Source: an uncultured Acidobacteriota bacterium (lineage in GTDB: Bacteria; Acidobacteriota; Vicinamibacteria; Marinacidobacterales; DATDRI01). From it: 64,000 nucleotides of DNA. The DNA is taken from contig CAVROO010000007.1 of NCBI GenBank assembly GCA_963722765.1, positions 159,606-223,605 on the forward strand, in the 5' to 3' direction. Under the pieces are notes generated by a model. The model was not told the origin of the DNA, did no database searches, and saw nothing but the letters and a program-made list of their open reading frames with translations. Every line of letters begins with the position of its first letter. The stretch's first letter is position 1. Made by a program: the position numbers and the translations under genes. Below, in pieces: positions 51,011-60,885 of this stretch.

Positions 51011-52432
51011 GTGAAGAACAAAATGACCCTTGTAACTCTGCTGGCATCCATGGTTCTTTGTTTCCCTTTGGGAGCAAGCGAAGGACCGCAGGAAATTACC
51101 CAAGACATACCCAAGGAAATGCTCAACCTCACCACCGCCGTGGAGTACGCTCTTGCAGCCAATCCGAAGGTCAAGCGGGCGAGGGAAAAGGTCGCCGAGT
51201 TCGAGCAGTTGAAACGTCAGGCCAGAAGCGAAGCCCTTCCCAAGGTTGACGCGTTCCTCTCTTTGAATCAGACCCGCGATCCGGGTCTTCGGAACAGCCC
51301 GTTCTTTTCAAAGATCATCGAAGGGGGAGAAATTCCACCGGAAGCGCTCTTGCCCTTCAAATTCACGAACTACATTTGGCAGTTCGACATCGAACAACCC
51401 ATCTACACCTTTGGACGCGTGAGCAGTGCTTTGCGGGGGGCACGGGACGAATTGAACGGCGTCTATTTGGATGTCCGAGAGGCGGAAAACGAGCTGTCAC
51501 GTGATGTCGCGCGCGCTTGTTACGGCTACCTACTAGCTAAGGCACAGCTCCGAGTGCTCGAGTCGGAAAAGGCCGCGCGAGAGCGCCAGCTCGAGCACGT
51601 CCAGGTTCGATTCGAGCTCGAGGACGCAACCCGTCTCGACCTACTTCAAGCTCAGGTCACTCTGGCAAATCTGCGACCGGAGATCCTGGCCGCCGAGAAC
51701 AATCTCCAGATCGCAGTTGCGGTGGTCAACGACGCACTGGGAAGACCCGTCGATACGCCTTTCGACATCACAGTGCCGCTGGTGCTTCCGGAGAGAATCC
51801 CGGAGGTGGCAGGACCGCGGGAGCTCTTGCTTGCGGCCGATGACAACCGTCCCGAGCTCTTGAGGTTTCAAATCGACCGCAAAGTTCTGGACGCACAGGT
51901 CGGAATTACTCAGTCCAACGTGTTGCCTCAAATCAGTGCAAACGCCTCGTTCGGTGTCACCACATTCGCTCCCGAGAACCTGGCCAAGATAGGCTTTCGA
52001 ACCTGGGCGGCCGGTATCGTCATGCGGTGGACCCTCTTTGACGGACTGAAGACCAACGCGGAAGTCAAGGCGATCCGTTCGCGGATCTCTCAGAATCAGC
52101 TACAAGAAGACAGTTTCAGGTCAGAGCTTGCCATGGAGCTCGAGCGAAGTACGGGAACCTGGGTACGGGCGCTCGAGGCCATCGAAGTGGCGCAGTTCGC
52201 CGTCGAGCAGGCCACCGAAGCGCAACGGGTTGCCGAGGAGACGTACCAGTATGGAGCGGCAACGACCCTCGATTTGCTCGAAGCTCAACGAGCGCTTCGT
52301 GAATCGGAGTTCAATCTGGCATCGGCGGCGCACGCGGCACTGGTGGCGCTGTCCGAGCTCAAATATCTCGTAGGATTTCGGGCCGACGTTCCGGTGTCGG
52401 GATTGGAAGGAGCGGGCTCGAGTGTACAGTAA
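51011..52432 (+). CDS. TolC-family outer-membrane efflux protein
   Basis: Signal peptide. Two OEP repeats with coiled-coil motifs (LTLANLRPEILAAENNLQIA..., LDLLEAQRALRESEFNLASAAH). Confidence 0.9.
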   Translation: MKNKMTLVTLLASMVLCFPLGASEGPQEITQDIPKEMLNLTTAVEYALAANPKVKRAREKVAEFEQLKRQARSEALPKVDAFLSLNQTRDPGLRNSPFFSKIIEGGEIPPEALLPFKFTNYIWQFDIEQPIYTFGRVSSALRGARDELNGVYLDVREAENELSRDVARACYGYLLAKAQLRVLESEKAARERQLEHVQVRFELEDATRLDLLQAQVTLANLRPEILAAENNLQIAVAVVNDALGRPVDTPFDITVPLVLPERIPEVAGPRELLLAADDNRPELLRFQIDRKVLDAQVGITQSNVLPQISANASFGVTTFAPENLAKIGFRTWAAGIVMRWTLFDGLKTNAEVKAIRSRISQNQLQEDSFRSELAMELERSTGTWVRALEAIEVAQFAVEQATEAQRVAEETYQYGAATTLDLLEAQRALRESEFNLASAAHAALVALSELKYLVGFRADVPVSGLEGAGSSVQ

Positions 52433-53531
52433 ACTGCAAGTGGGAGCTTCCATGAGTACAAGATGGAATCAACGATTATCCGGTGCCGGTTTAGTATGGA
52501 TCATCCTTTTTGTTGGGGTCTGGGCCGTTGGCTGCAGTCAACAGGCTCCTGAGGAGGAACCGGCCGGAAACGGCTCGTTCGAGCCACCACCGATCAATGT
52601 CTCCGTGGTGGAGCTCGAACCCTCTGAGCTGACCGAGACCGTCGTCTTGACCGGTCGGGTCGAGCCCTGGCTCGAGCTCGAGGTATCCGCCGAGCTCGGC
52701 GGCACGGTCCTGGAGATCAACTTCGACAAGGGGCAGCGCGTGAAGAAGGGCCAGGTCTTGGCGCGTGTAGGTACGGACATTCTTACCATTTCCCTCAACG
52801 AGGCGGAGGCGGCCCTCGTGGAAGCCGAAGCCAACTACAATAAGACCAAGGAGCTTTTCGCGCGCCAGGCGGTTCCACGCCAGGAGCTCATTGCCTTCAC
52901 GTCCCGTTATGAGGCGGCCAAAGCCCGCGTCGCCCTCGCCAATCTACGCGTCGAACGTTCCATCATCGACGCGCCGGCGTCTGGTATAGCCATCACCCGT
53001 GAAGTCGAACTCGGCGAAGTCGTTCCGCCCGGCGCATTGATCACCACGATCCACCAAACCAACCGACTCAAGATTAATGTCGGCATTCCAGAGAACGAAA
53101 TCTCCTATTTCCGTCGCGGGAGCGATGCCACCATGCAGGCGGACGCCTATCCGGACCATGCATTCGCGGGAAAGATCCACTTTCTCGGGTCCGCCGCCAG
53201 CGGAAAAAACAGAACCTTCCCCGCGGAGGTGGCCGTGGACAATGCGGATGAAAATCTTCGGCCGGGAATGATCGTCAGGGTCTCTTTGGTGAAGCATCAC
53301 TACGAAAGCGCGTTGGTCGTACCCCGCGACGCGTTGCTGGAACGTGATCAAGGCAGTGTCGCCTTCGTCGACGTCAACGGCCGAGCTCAGGAACGACCCA
53401 TCGTTCTAGGACCGAGCGAGGGCAACCGGGTCATCATCCAGGAAGGCCTGACCGAGGGTGAGTCCCTCATCGTCAGCGGACACCGCAACCTCGTCGACGG
53501 ACAGTCCGTCCGGGTCGTCAAGCAGGACTAG
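52422..53531 (+). CDS. efflux RND transporter periplasmic adaptor subunit (AcrA-like)
   Basis: Lipoprotein-like N-terminus (VGCSQQ). Biotinyl/lipoyl-like, beta-barrel and MP domains with GQVLARV...RVERSIIDAPASGI pattern. Confidence 0.9.
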   Translation: MYSKLQVGASMSTRWNQRLSGAGLVWIILFVGVWAVGCSQQAPEEEPAGNGSFEPPPINVSVVELEPSELTETVVLTGRVEPWLELEVSAELGGTVLEINFDKGQRVKKGQVLARVGTDILTISLNEAEAALVEAEANYNKTKELFARQAVPRQELIAFTSRYEAAKARVALANLRVERSIIDAPASGIAITREVELGEVVPPGALITTIHQTNRLKINVGIPENEISYFRRGSDATMQADAYPDHAFAGKIHFLGSAASGKNRTFPAEVAVDNADENLRPGMIVRVSLVKHHYESALVVPRDALLERDQGSVAFVDVNGRAQERPIVLGPSEGNRVIIQEGLTEGESLIVSGHRNLVDGQSVRVVKQD

Positions 53532-53535
53532 AACC

Positions 53536-56500
53536 GTGCGTATTACCGAATACAGTATTCGCCATCGCCTGACCATCTACGTTCTCATGGCGCTCATCGT
53601 TGTCGCGGGAGCGGGTGCCTACGTCTCGTTACCCCTGGAGTCCTTCCCGGAGATCAAGATCCCTCTGATCCTGGTCACAACGGCCTACAGCGGCGTGAGT
53701 CCCGAGGACATCGAAACTATCATCACTCGACCCATCGAGACCGAGCTCAAAGGCATCACCGGGGTCAAGGAGATCCGATCCAGCAGCAGCGAGGGTATGT
53801 CGGTCATCGAGGTCGAGTTCAATCCGGAGGTCGATCTCGATACGGCTTTGCAGAAAGTCCGTGACGAGGTCGACATCGCCAAAACGGAGATTCCGGAGGA
53901 AGTGGACGATCCTCGTATCCAGGACATCGATCTCTCGCAGATTCCCATCCTCCTCGTGAGCCTCTCGGGCGATATCGGACTCGTAAAGCTCAAAGAGATT
54001 GCCGAGGACCTCAAGGACGATCTCGAAGCCATCCAGGGAGTCAATCGTGTCCAGGTCATCGGGGGCCGAGAGCGGGAAGTTCACATTTTCGCCGATCCTC
54101 GACGCCTGAGCTTCTATGAGTTGAGCCTCACCGACCTGATCATTGCCGTGACCCGGGAGAACTTGAACGTTCCCGGTGGGGACATCGATATCGGACATCT
54201 CAAGTATCTCGTCCGCTTGCCGGCGGAGATAGACGACCCGCGGGAAATCGAAGACTTCGTCGTCGAGGTCCGAAACGGCCAACCCATCTACGTTCGTGAC
54301 GTGGCCCGCGTGGTCTATGGCTTCGAGGACGAAGCCACGCGCTCGCGTCTCGATCGCAAGCCTTCGGTGACACTCACCGTCGAAAAGAGAACCGGCGCCA
54401 ACATCATCGAGGTGTCCGACTGGGTCAAGGAAGAGCTCGAGCGTCAGCAACAGGCTCTGCCGTCCGGTACGAACGTGACCCTCGTGGCCGACATGTCGAA
54501 AGACATCCGCACCACCGTTTCGGAGCTCGAGAACAACATCCTTTCCGGATTGATTCTAGTTGTGGTCGTGTTGATGGCATTCCTCGGATTCCGCAACTCG
54601 GTTTTCGTGGCCGTCGCTATTCCGCTCTCCATGCTCCTTTCGTTCATCGTGATCCAACTCATGGGATACACGTTGAACATGGTGGTTCTCTTCAGTCTCA
54701 TTCTCGTGCTTGGAATGCTCGTGGATAACGCCGTGGTGATCGTGGAGAACATTTACCGCCACCGGGAATTGGGATCGGACGGACCGACGGCGGCTCTCGA
54801 AGCCACCAAAGAGGTGGCGGTTCCCGTTATTGCTTCGACCATCACCACCCTTTGCGCCTTCACGCCGCTTCTCCTCTGGCCGGGGATCATCGGCGATTTC
54901 ATGTCCTATCTTCCCGTAACGCTCATTATCGGACTGACCGCTTCTCTCGTGGTGGCGTTGGTATTCAATCCAACTCTATGCGCCTACTTCATGAAGGCGC
55001 CCTCCGAAGGACAGAAGCGAAGTCAAGACGAGGGTGCGGTTTTGAAACGGTACCGTCGGCTGCTGGCTTGGACACTCGAACCCGGTTCCGATCACGGGAC
55101 ACGAGGCTGGTTTTGGCGAAATTGGTCGCTCCTGGTTGCATTTGTAACATTCTTCTCCGGCGGCGTCGGCCTCATTCTCGTTGCCTTTTTTCTGGAGGGG
55201 CGGGTTCCCGTTTTATTTACCCTGGCCGGAGCGCTCATGGGCCTCGGAGGGGCGGCTTTTGGTCTGCAAGGGTTCCTGTGGCTCAACTGGTCCTGGTTGC
55301 GGCGCCTTCAGGGGTGGTCACCCTACGTGACCGACCGGCGGTCTGGAGTCATCTACACGATGGGCGCCATTCTGGCAATGACTATGTATGCCTATTCCCT
55401 GTGGGGCCAAGGCGTCGAGTTGTTTCCCGAAATGGATCCCCGTCAAATCTTCGTGGATGTGGAAGCTCCCAGCGGTGCAACCCTCGAGACCTCGAACGAT
55501 CTCGTCGATCGCATCGAGGGCCTGACGACCCAGACCAAGGATCGTCGCTACACGCTCGCCAACGTCGGCTCGAGCGGGATGAGCCTCGAGGACATCGGAG
55601 GCGGAGGCTCATCGGTCTCCAACAAGAGCCGGGTGACACTGGATCTCCGCGATCGAATCGAACGCGAGCAAAAAAACACGCTGACCACCATGGAAGAAGT
55701 ACGAAAGTCGGTGGGCGACGTGGAAGGCGCCGAAATCAAGGTCAACAAACCGAACCATGGGCCTCCCACCGGGAAACCCGTCTCGATTCGCGTCTCGGGG
55801 GATGACTTTCACGTTCTCGAGCGATTGAGTCGGGAAGTCCAGGAACGCATTCGGAGTGTTCCCGGCCTGGTCAATCTGGACGACGATTTGAACCAAGGAA
55901 AACCGGAGATCCGGGTGAAGGTGGACAGAATCGAGGCCGCTCTGACCGGTATTCACACCCGCGACATCGCCAACACGATTCAAACGGCGGTTCGGGGAAG
56001 CGACGTTTCCGAGTACCGGATCGGCGAGGACGAGTACGATATCGTGGTGCGCCTCGACCCGGAGTACCGAGCCACGCTGGAGGACCTCACGGACCTGACC
56101 GTACCCGACGAAGATGGGCTCCCCATACCTATCCGCGCCGTAGCATCGCTCGAGCCGGGACTCGGTCCCTCCTCCATCCGCCGTGTCGACTTGAGACGGG
56201 TCGTGACCATCGACGGAGACGTCGTGCGGGCGAGAGGGCGCACCGAGGATTCCGTTCGGCAAGAAGTGGCGGGCCGTCTCGAGCTCATCGATTGGCCGGA
56301 GGGATACCGTTGGGAGTTTGCCGGTTCCAACCAGGACGAGGCGGAAACGACCGCCTTCGTCGAGCGGGCCTTCGTCATCGCGGTCATGCTCATCATGCTG
56401 GTCCTAGTCACGCAGTTCGACAGCTTGATCTTGCCGATAACCATCATGGTCTCGGTCGTGTTGTCGCTCATCGGCGTTCTGTGGGGACTCATCCTCACGC

Positions 56501-56979
56501 AGACCCCCTTCGGGATCATCATGACGGGAATCGGCGTCATCTCCCTCGCCGGTGTCGTCGTGAACAACGCCATCGTGTTGTGCGACTTCATCCGACAGCT
56601 TCGAGAACGGGGCTATGAAAAAACAAAAGCGGTGATCGAGGCGGGAGTCATTCGTCTCCGGCCGGTCTTCCTGACCGCAGTGACGACCGTGCTCGGTCTG
56701 ATTCCCCTGACGATAGGTCTCAACATCGACTTTTTCGAGGGCGTCATCCAGACGGGAGTGGAGTCTTCTCAATGGTGGGGTCCCATGGGAGTGGCTGTGA
56801 TCTTCGGACTGACGGTGGCGACGGTGCTGACGCTGGTCGTCGTCCCGGTGACCTATCACAGTCTGGACGAGATGACCGGGTCACTGCAGTCCGTTACTGA
56901 GAGATTTCGTTCAAGGCGCCGAAGAGAGGAAGTGGCGGCAGAGACCGAGGGCGCGACGAGCCTCCGATCGAGCTCGTAA
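53536..56979 (+). CDS. efflux RND transporter permease (HAE1/AcrB family), ~1147 aa with an extra hydrophobic insertion after TM6
   Basis: Intact. GTG start at VRITEYSIRHRL. AcrB signature regions throughout. About 70 extra residues with a hydrophobic hairpin (VLFTLAGALMGLGGAAFGLQGFLWL) between TM6 and TM7. Confidence 0.95.
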   Translation: MRITEYSIRHRLTIYVLMALIVVAGAGAYVSLPLESFPEIKIPLILVTTAYSGVSPEDIETIITRPIETELKGITGVKEIRSSSSEGMSVIEVEFNPEVDLDTALQKVRDEVDIAKTEIPEEVDDPRIQDIDLSQIPILLVSLSGDIGLVKLKEIAEDLKDDLEAIQGVNRVQVIGGREREVHIFADPRRLSFYELSLTDLIIAVTRENLNVPGGDIDIGHLKYLVRLPAEIDDPREIEDFVVEVRNGQPIYVRDVARVVYGFEDEATRSRLDRKPSVTLTVEKRTGANIIEVSDWVKEELERQQQALPSGTNVTLVADMSKDIRTTVSELENNILSGLILVVVVLMAFLGFRNSVFVAVAIPLSMLLSFIVIQLMGYTLNMVVLFSLILVLGMLVDNAVVIVENIYRHRELGSDGPTAALEATKEVAVPVIASTITTLCAFTPLLLWPGIIGDFMSYLPVTLIIGLTASLVVALVFNPTLCAYFMKAPSEGQKRSQDEGAVLKRYRRLLAWTLEPGSDHGTRGWFWRNWSLLVAFVTFFSGGVGLILVAFFLEGRVPVLFTLAGALMGLGGAAFGLQGFLWLNWSWLRRLQGWSPYVTDRRSGVIYTMGAILAMTMYAYSLWGQGVELFPEMDPRQIFVDVEAPSGATLETSNDLVDRIEGLTTQTKDRRYTLANVGSSGMSLEDIGGGGSSVSNKSRVTLDLRDRIEREQKNTLTTMEEVRKSVGDVEGAEIKVNKPNHGPPTGKPVSIRVSGDDFHVLERLSREVQERIRSVPGLVNLDDDLNQGKPEIRVKVDRIEAALTGIHTRDIANTIQTAVRGSDVSEYRIGEDEYDIVVRLDPEYRATLEDLTDLTVPDEDGLPIPIRAVASLEPGLGPSSIRRVDLRRVVTIDGDVVRARGRTEDSVRQEVAGRLELIDWPEGYRWEFAGSNQDEAETTAFVERAFVIAVMLIMLVLVTQFDSLILPITIMVSVVLSLIGVLWGLILTQTPFGIIMTGIGVISLAGVVVNNAIVLCDFIRQLRERGYEKTKAVIEAGVIRLRPVFLTAVTTVLGLIPLTIGLNIDFFEGVIQTGVESSQWWGPMGVAVIFGLTVATVLTLVVVPVTYHSLDEMTGSLQSVTERFRSRRRREEVAAETEGATSLRSSS

Positions 56980-57135
56980 CACCCTAAAAGCACGGCCGAG
57001 CCTCCGACACAAGTTGATACGACCCGATGGCCTAGCTATAATACTTTCTTTCGACGAGTTCCCGGGCCCACTGTTGGTATAACGAAAGTGGTGCTTGTTC
57101 CAGCCTTTGTCCGGGAGAGACCCGAGTGGAGGGGT

Positions 57136-57225
57136 GCAAGAGTGGCTTATCTGGCGAGCCCGGAAAGCTCGTGTAGGGGCAACCCTACCGTGGGTTCGAA
57201 TCCCACCCCCTCCGCCACGAGGCCG
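57136..57225 (+). tRNA. tRNA-Ser (anticodon GGA), type II with long variable arm, 90 nt
   Basis: 7-bp acceptor GGAGGGG/CCCCTCC + G + CCA. T-arm GTGGG-TTCGAAT-CCCAC. Variable arm TAGGG-GCAA-CCCTA. Anticodon stem CGAGC/GCTCG with loop CCGGAAA. Position 33 is C instead of U, possibly a base error. Confidence 0.75.
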
Positions 57226-57254
57226 CGTCGGGCGGCCACGTAGGAACCGGACGA

Positions 57255-57372
57255 CGAGTTGTCCTGTGGTTCAGGTCCTGTGCGAGTCGAGCCTGTGAAC
57301 CCCGTCAGACCCGGAAGGGAGCAGCGGTAAGCGGATCCTCGATTGTGCCGCAGGAGCTCTGGGCCACAGGGC
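57255..57372 (+). ncRNA. ffs: signal recognition particle RNA (4.5S RNA, ffs)
   Basis: Conserved domain IV sequence GTCAGACCCGGAAGGGAGCAGC (compare GUCAGGUCCGGAAGGAAGCAGC). Long terminal helix CCTGTGG...CCACAGG followed by a T-rich tract. Sits at the canonical position upstream of dnaX-ybaB-recR. Confidence 0.75.
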
Positions 57373-57414
57373 ATCCTTTTGTTTTGAGACACCGTCGAAA
57401 TCGAAAACCGAGCA

Positions 57415-59035
57415 ATGTCCTATCAGGTACTGGCACTCAGATGGCGACCACAAGTCTTCGACGACTTGATCGGGCAGGAGTCCGTCACGCGTACGCTCAA
57501 AAACGCCATCGAGCAAGGTCGCATTGCTCATGCCTTCCTGTTTTCCGGCGTGCGCGGAGTGGGCAAGACCACCACGGCCCGCCTATTGGCCAAGGCGCTC
57601 AACTGTTCGAATGCCGATGAGCCCACAGTAAATCCCTGCGGCGAGTGCGCCTCGTGTAAGGAGATTGCCGCCAGCCGAAGCATCGACGTTCTCGAGATCG
57701 ACGGCGCCTCACACACCAAGGTGGATGAGATCCGAGAGGTACTCGATTCGTCGCAATACGCACCTTCGAGAGATCGTTACAAGATCTACGTTATCGACGA
57801 AGTTCACATGTTGAGCATCCATTCGTTCAATGCGCTGCTCAAAACTCTCGAGGAGCCGCCGCCACATCTCAAGTTCATATTCGCCACGACCGAGTATCAC
57901 AAGATTCCCGACACCATCGTCTCGCGCTGTCAGAACTTTGAGTTCCGCACCGTTTCCAGCAAGGAAATCACCGGTCGGTTGCGACACATCGCCGAGGCCG
58001 ACGAAATCGAGATCTCGGATGAGGCCCTGTCGCAAATTGCCCGGGCCGCCGAGGGCAGCATGCGCGACGGCCTATCGGCGATGGATCAAGTGGTCGCGGC
58101 AACGAGCTCGCGCATCGAAGAAAGCGACGTTGCCGATCTGCTCGGCCTCATTGCCGGTGACGTTTTGAGTCGAACGGTGCGGGCCATCGTAGAACGGGAC
58201 ACGGCCGAGATTTTGAAAGTGGTGGATCAGCTCGTCACGGGCGGAAAGGATCTCCAAAGCTTCGCCCGCGGTTTGATGCAGCTTTTCAGGGACATCCTGG
58301 TCATTCGAGTCGCACCCGACTCGCCGGAGCTGGTTGAGATAACGGGGGAGCGTGACGCTCTCGTTGAATTGTCTCAGCGCGTAACGGATGAGGATTTGAT
58401 CCGAGGCTTGGAAGTCTTGACCCGCACTCGAAGGATCGCTACGGTGGTCTCCCGAGCCGCGGTTTCACCTCGAGGTCGCCTTGCTCAAGATTGCCGCGCT
58501 ACGTCGCTTGGCGTCTTTCGAAGAGCTCCTCGCCAGGTTCGAGTCCCTGGAATCGGGCCGGGCTTCGAACGTACCGGGAAAAGGGAGTCCACCGACTTCA
58601 GGGCGGTCGAGCTCGTCATCGAGTGGTACCAAGCCCGGAAGGACAACCAGCCGGGAGTCGATTCGAAAGCGGGAAGTATCCGCCGAGGCCGAGCTCGTCG
58701 GCGAAGAACCCCCTCTGCCAACGGAGGAGCCCGGGCCGGTCGCGACGAGCCCGCAGGCGATCGTCGAACGGGTTCTGGAACGTCTTCGCTCCGCCAAGCC
58801 CAAGCTCGCCGCCCTCTTTTCGCATCACGACGGAGCTCATCTGGAAGGAGATTGTCTCCGCTTGGGCTTCGAGGTGGCGCCGGGATTTCTGCGTGAACAG
58901 ATTCAACAGGAAGAAGTCCGCGAGCTTCTCGAAAAGGAGGCTTCGGACGCGGCGGGTCGAAAGCTCCGCATCGAAATCGCGTTTTCCGACGCGGAAGAAC
59001 CGGCCGAGGAAACCCGACCCAGAATCGACAAATGA
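57415..59035 (+). CDS. dnaX: DNA polymerase III subunit gamma/tau, frameshifted in the C-terminal half
   Basis: RWRPQVFDDLIGQE, Walker A GVRGVGKTTTARLLAKALNC, Zn module CGECASC, DEVHMLS. C-terminal domains continue in ORF 58481..59035 (EVALLKIAALRRL...). Shift near 58450-58490 with no slippery A-run. Confidence 0.92.
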
Positions 59036-59196
59036 AACCAACGGCGAGCTTTATAAGCGTGCCGCTCGCGATCCCATGGTTCAGGGATTCGTCGAGACCT
59101 TCAAGGGAGAAATTGAGACGGTTCGCCTGCGTGAGCCAAATCCCGGACCAGAGGCAGACCGAACCGCCAAGCGTTGATTCGCCAAGAGGTAAAGCT

Positions 59197-59502
59197 ATGT
59201 TCAAGAACATGAATCAAATCATGAAACAGGCGCAAGCGCTTCAAGAGAAATTCAAGCAACAGCTCGATGAGCTCGAAGTCGAAGCCGCCTCCGGCGGCGG
59301 TATGGTGACGGTGCGCATGAGCGGCAACAAGCTCGTCTCAGCGGTGACCCTCGATCCCGAGGTGGTAGACAAGGACGATGTTGAAATGCTGCAAGATCTC
59401 ATTGTGGCGGCGGTGAACGAAGCGGCCCGAAAAGTCGATGAAGAAGCGCAGAGCCAGCTCGGCGGTATGGCCGGTAACATGAAGATCCCGGGGCTGTTCT
59501 GA
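59197..59502 (+). CDS. ybaB: nucleoid-associated protein YbaB/EbfC
   Basis: AAGAGG SD. MFKNMNQIMKQAQALQEKF...GGGMVTV...GNMKIPGLF is the hallmark YbaB sequence. Confidence 0.9.
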   Translation: MFKNMNQIMKQAQALQEKFKQQLDELEVEAASGGGMVTVRMSGNKLVSAVTLDPEVVDKDDVEMLQDLIVAAVNEAARKVDEEAQSQLGGMAGNMKIPGLF

Positions 59503-59617
59503 TTCGTGAAAACGCAGACGGCAATTAAATCTACCCCTAGAGGCGATTTCCGGCTACAATCAAAGGTTCAATATATTCGGCGCCCGAGCGCCATAAAAAA
59601 TTGAGATTCGAGCAAAG

Positions 59618-60217
59618 TTGAAAGATTATCCCGAACCCGTTTCCCGGCTGATACAGGAGCTGAAACGGCTCCCCGGAATCGGTCCCAAATCGGCCCAACG
59701 TGTCGCCTTTTACATTCTTCGTGGAACCCGCGACGACGCCGATGCCCTGTCTGCCGCTATCATCGAAGTCAAAAACAAGATTACGACCTGCAGTATTTGT
59801 AACAATGTCACCGATATCGATCCTTGTAGCTACTGCACGAGTCCGGAGCGTAGTTCGAGCGTCGTTTGTGTGGTCGAAGAGCCTCCCAATGTGGTGGCCA
59901 TCGAAAAGAGCCACGAGTACAAGGGTCGCTACCATGTGTTGATGGGAGCCTTGTCCCCACTTCAAGGGATCGGACCGGAGCAGCTCAAGGTTTCGGGCCT
60001 GCTGGAACGAATTCAAGGCGGCGATGTCACGGAAGTCATTTTGGCGACGAATCCCAATTTTGAGGGCGAAGCGACTGCTACGTACATTTCGAAACTCATC
60101 AAACCGCTCGGAATCAAGGTCACTCGAATTGCTATGGGTGTCCCCGTAGGAAGCGAGCTCGACTACGCGGACGAAGTGACCATGGGGAAGGCCTTGGAAG
60201 GACGCCGAGAGTTTTGA
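59618..60217 (+). CDS. recR: recombination protein RecR
   Basis: [18 protein letters not shown] HhH. C4 zinc finger [16 protein letters not shown]. Toprim. Intact 199 aa. Confidence 0.95.
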   Translation: MKDYPEPVSRLIQELKRLPGIGPKSAQRVAFYILRGTRDDADALSAAIIEVKNKITTCSICNNVTDIDPCSYCTSPERSSSVVCVVEEPPNVVAIEKSHEYKGRYHVLMGALSPLQGIGPEQLKVSGLLERIQGGDVTEVILATNPNFEGEATATYISKLIKPLGIKVTRIAMGVPVGSELDYADEVTMGKALEGRREF

Positions 60218-60353
60218 TCTTTAGAGTCTTTTGTGCTCGGGGAAGCGCGGGTGCGCGGTTGCACGATCCGATTCTTTTCGGTATAAGTATTAGAGCCCGC
60301 ATTTTTCAATCCCCTAGCGTGCGATAGGTCTGACGACGGAGGGTAACGGAGTC

Positions 60354-60854
60354 ATGGCGACCACCGACGTGGTGATGTATGACGAGGAGTTTAACCAGAT
60401 CAAAGGGATCATAAGCAAGCTCCGCGTCGACGCCAACGCCAAGTTAGTTTTTCTAGTAGACAAAAACGGACAGCAAATCGCGGCGCACGGCAACATCGAA
60501 AACCTGGACACGACCTCGCTGGCGTCTCTGACCGCCGGCAACGTAGCCGCGACCGACGCCCTGGCGAAGCTGATTGGCGAGAAAGAATTCTCAATTCTTT
60601 TTCACGAGGGGCAACGCGACAACATCCACATTTCCATCGTAGGGCTTCGAGTCATTCTGGTGGTCATCTTCGACGAACGTTCGTCCCTGGGATTGGTCCG
60701 ACTGCGCGTCAAAAAGGCCTCCCAAGAGCTTTCCCAAGTCTTCGAAAGCATCATGCAGAAGGTCGAGAAGGAAAAGGAATCCATCGGTGGGGACTTCGAG
60801 TCGCCTTTTGCCGAGATCACGGACGAGGACATCGACAGCCTCTTTAGCGAGTAA
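60354..60854 (+). CDS. mglB: Roadblock/LC7-domain protein, MglB-like GTPase-activating protein
   Basis: Roadblock fold pattern (LVFLVDKNGQQIAAHG...LASLTAGNVAATDALAKLIGEKEFSILFHEGQRDNIHIS). Immediately upstream of mglA. Acidic C-terminus. Confidence 0.8.
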   Translation: MATTDVVMYDEEFNQIKGIISKLRVDANAKLVFLVDKNGQQIAAHGNIENLDTTSLASLTAGNVAATDALAKLIGEKEFSILFHEGQRDNIHISIVGLRVILVVIFDERSSLGLVRLRVKKASQELSQVFESIMQKVEKEKESIGGDFESPFAEITDEDIDSLFSE

Positions 60855-60885
60855 GTAACAATAATTTGGTGCTGAGTACGAGCGC

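Noticed and set aside
53629-54450. 273-aa ORF on the - strand, and similar ORFs at 55609..56262 and 55980..56591
   Set aside because: All lie antisense within the intact AcrB-like RND permease gene. The Asp/His-rich composition is an artefact of reverse-complemented codons.
58440-58500. Programmed ribosomal frameshift in dnaX (tau/gamma)
   Set aside because: The frame change lacks any slippery heptamer or A-run and lies in a region where many other genes in this sequence show indels. It is treated as a sequencing artefact.
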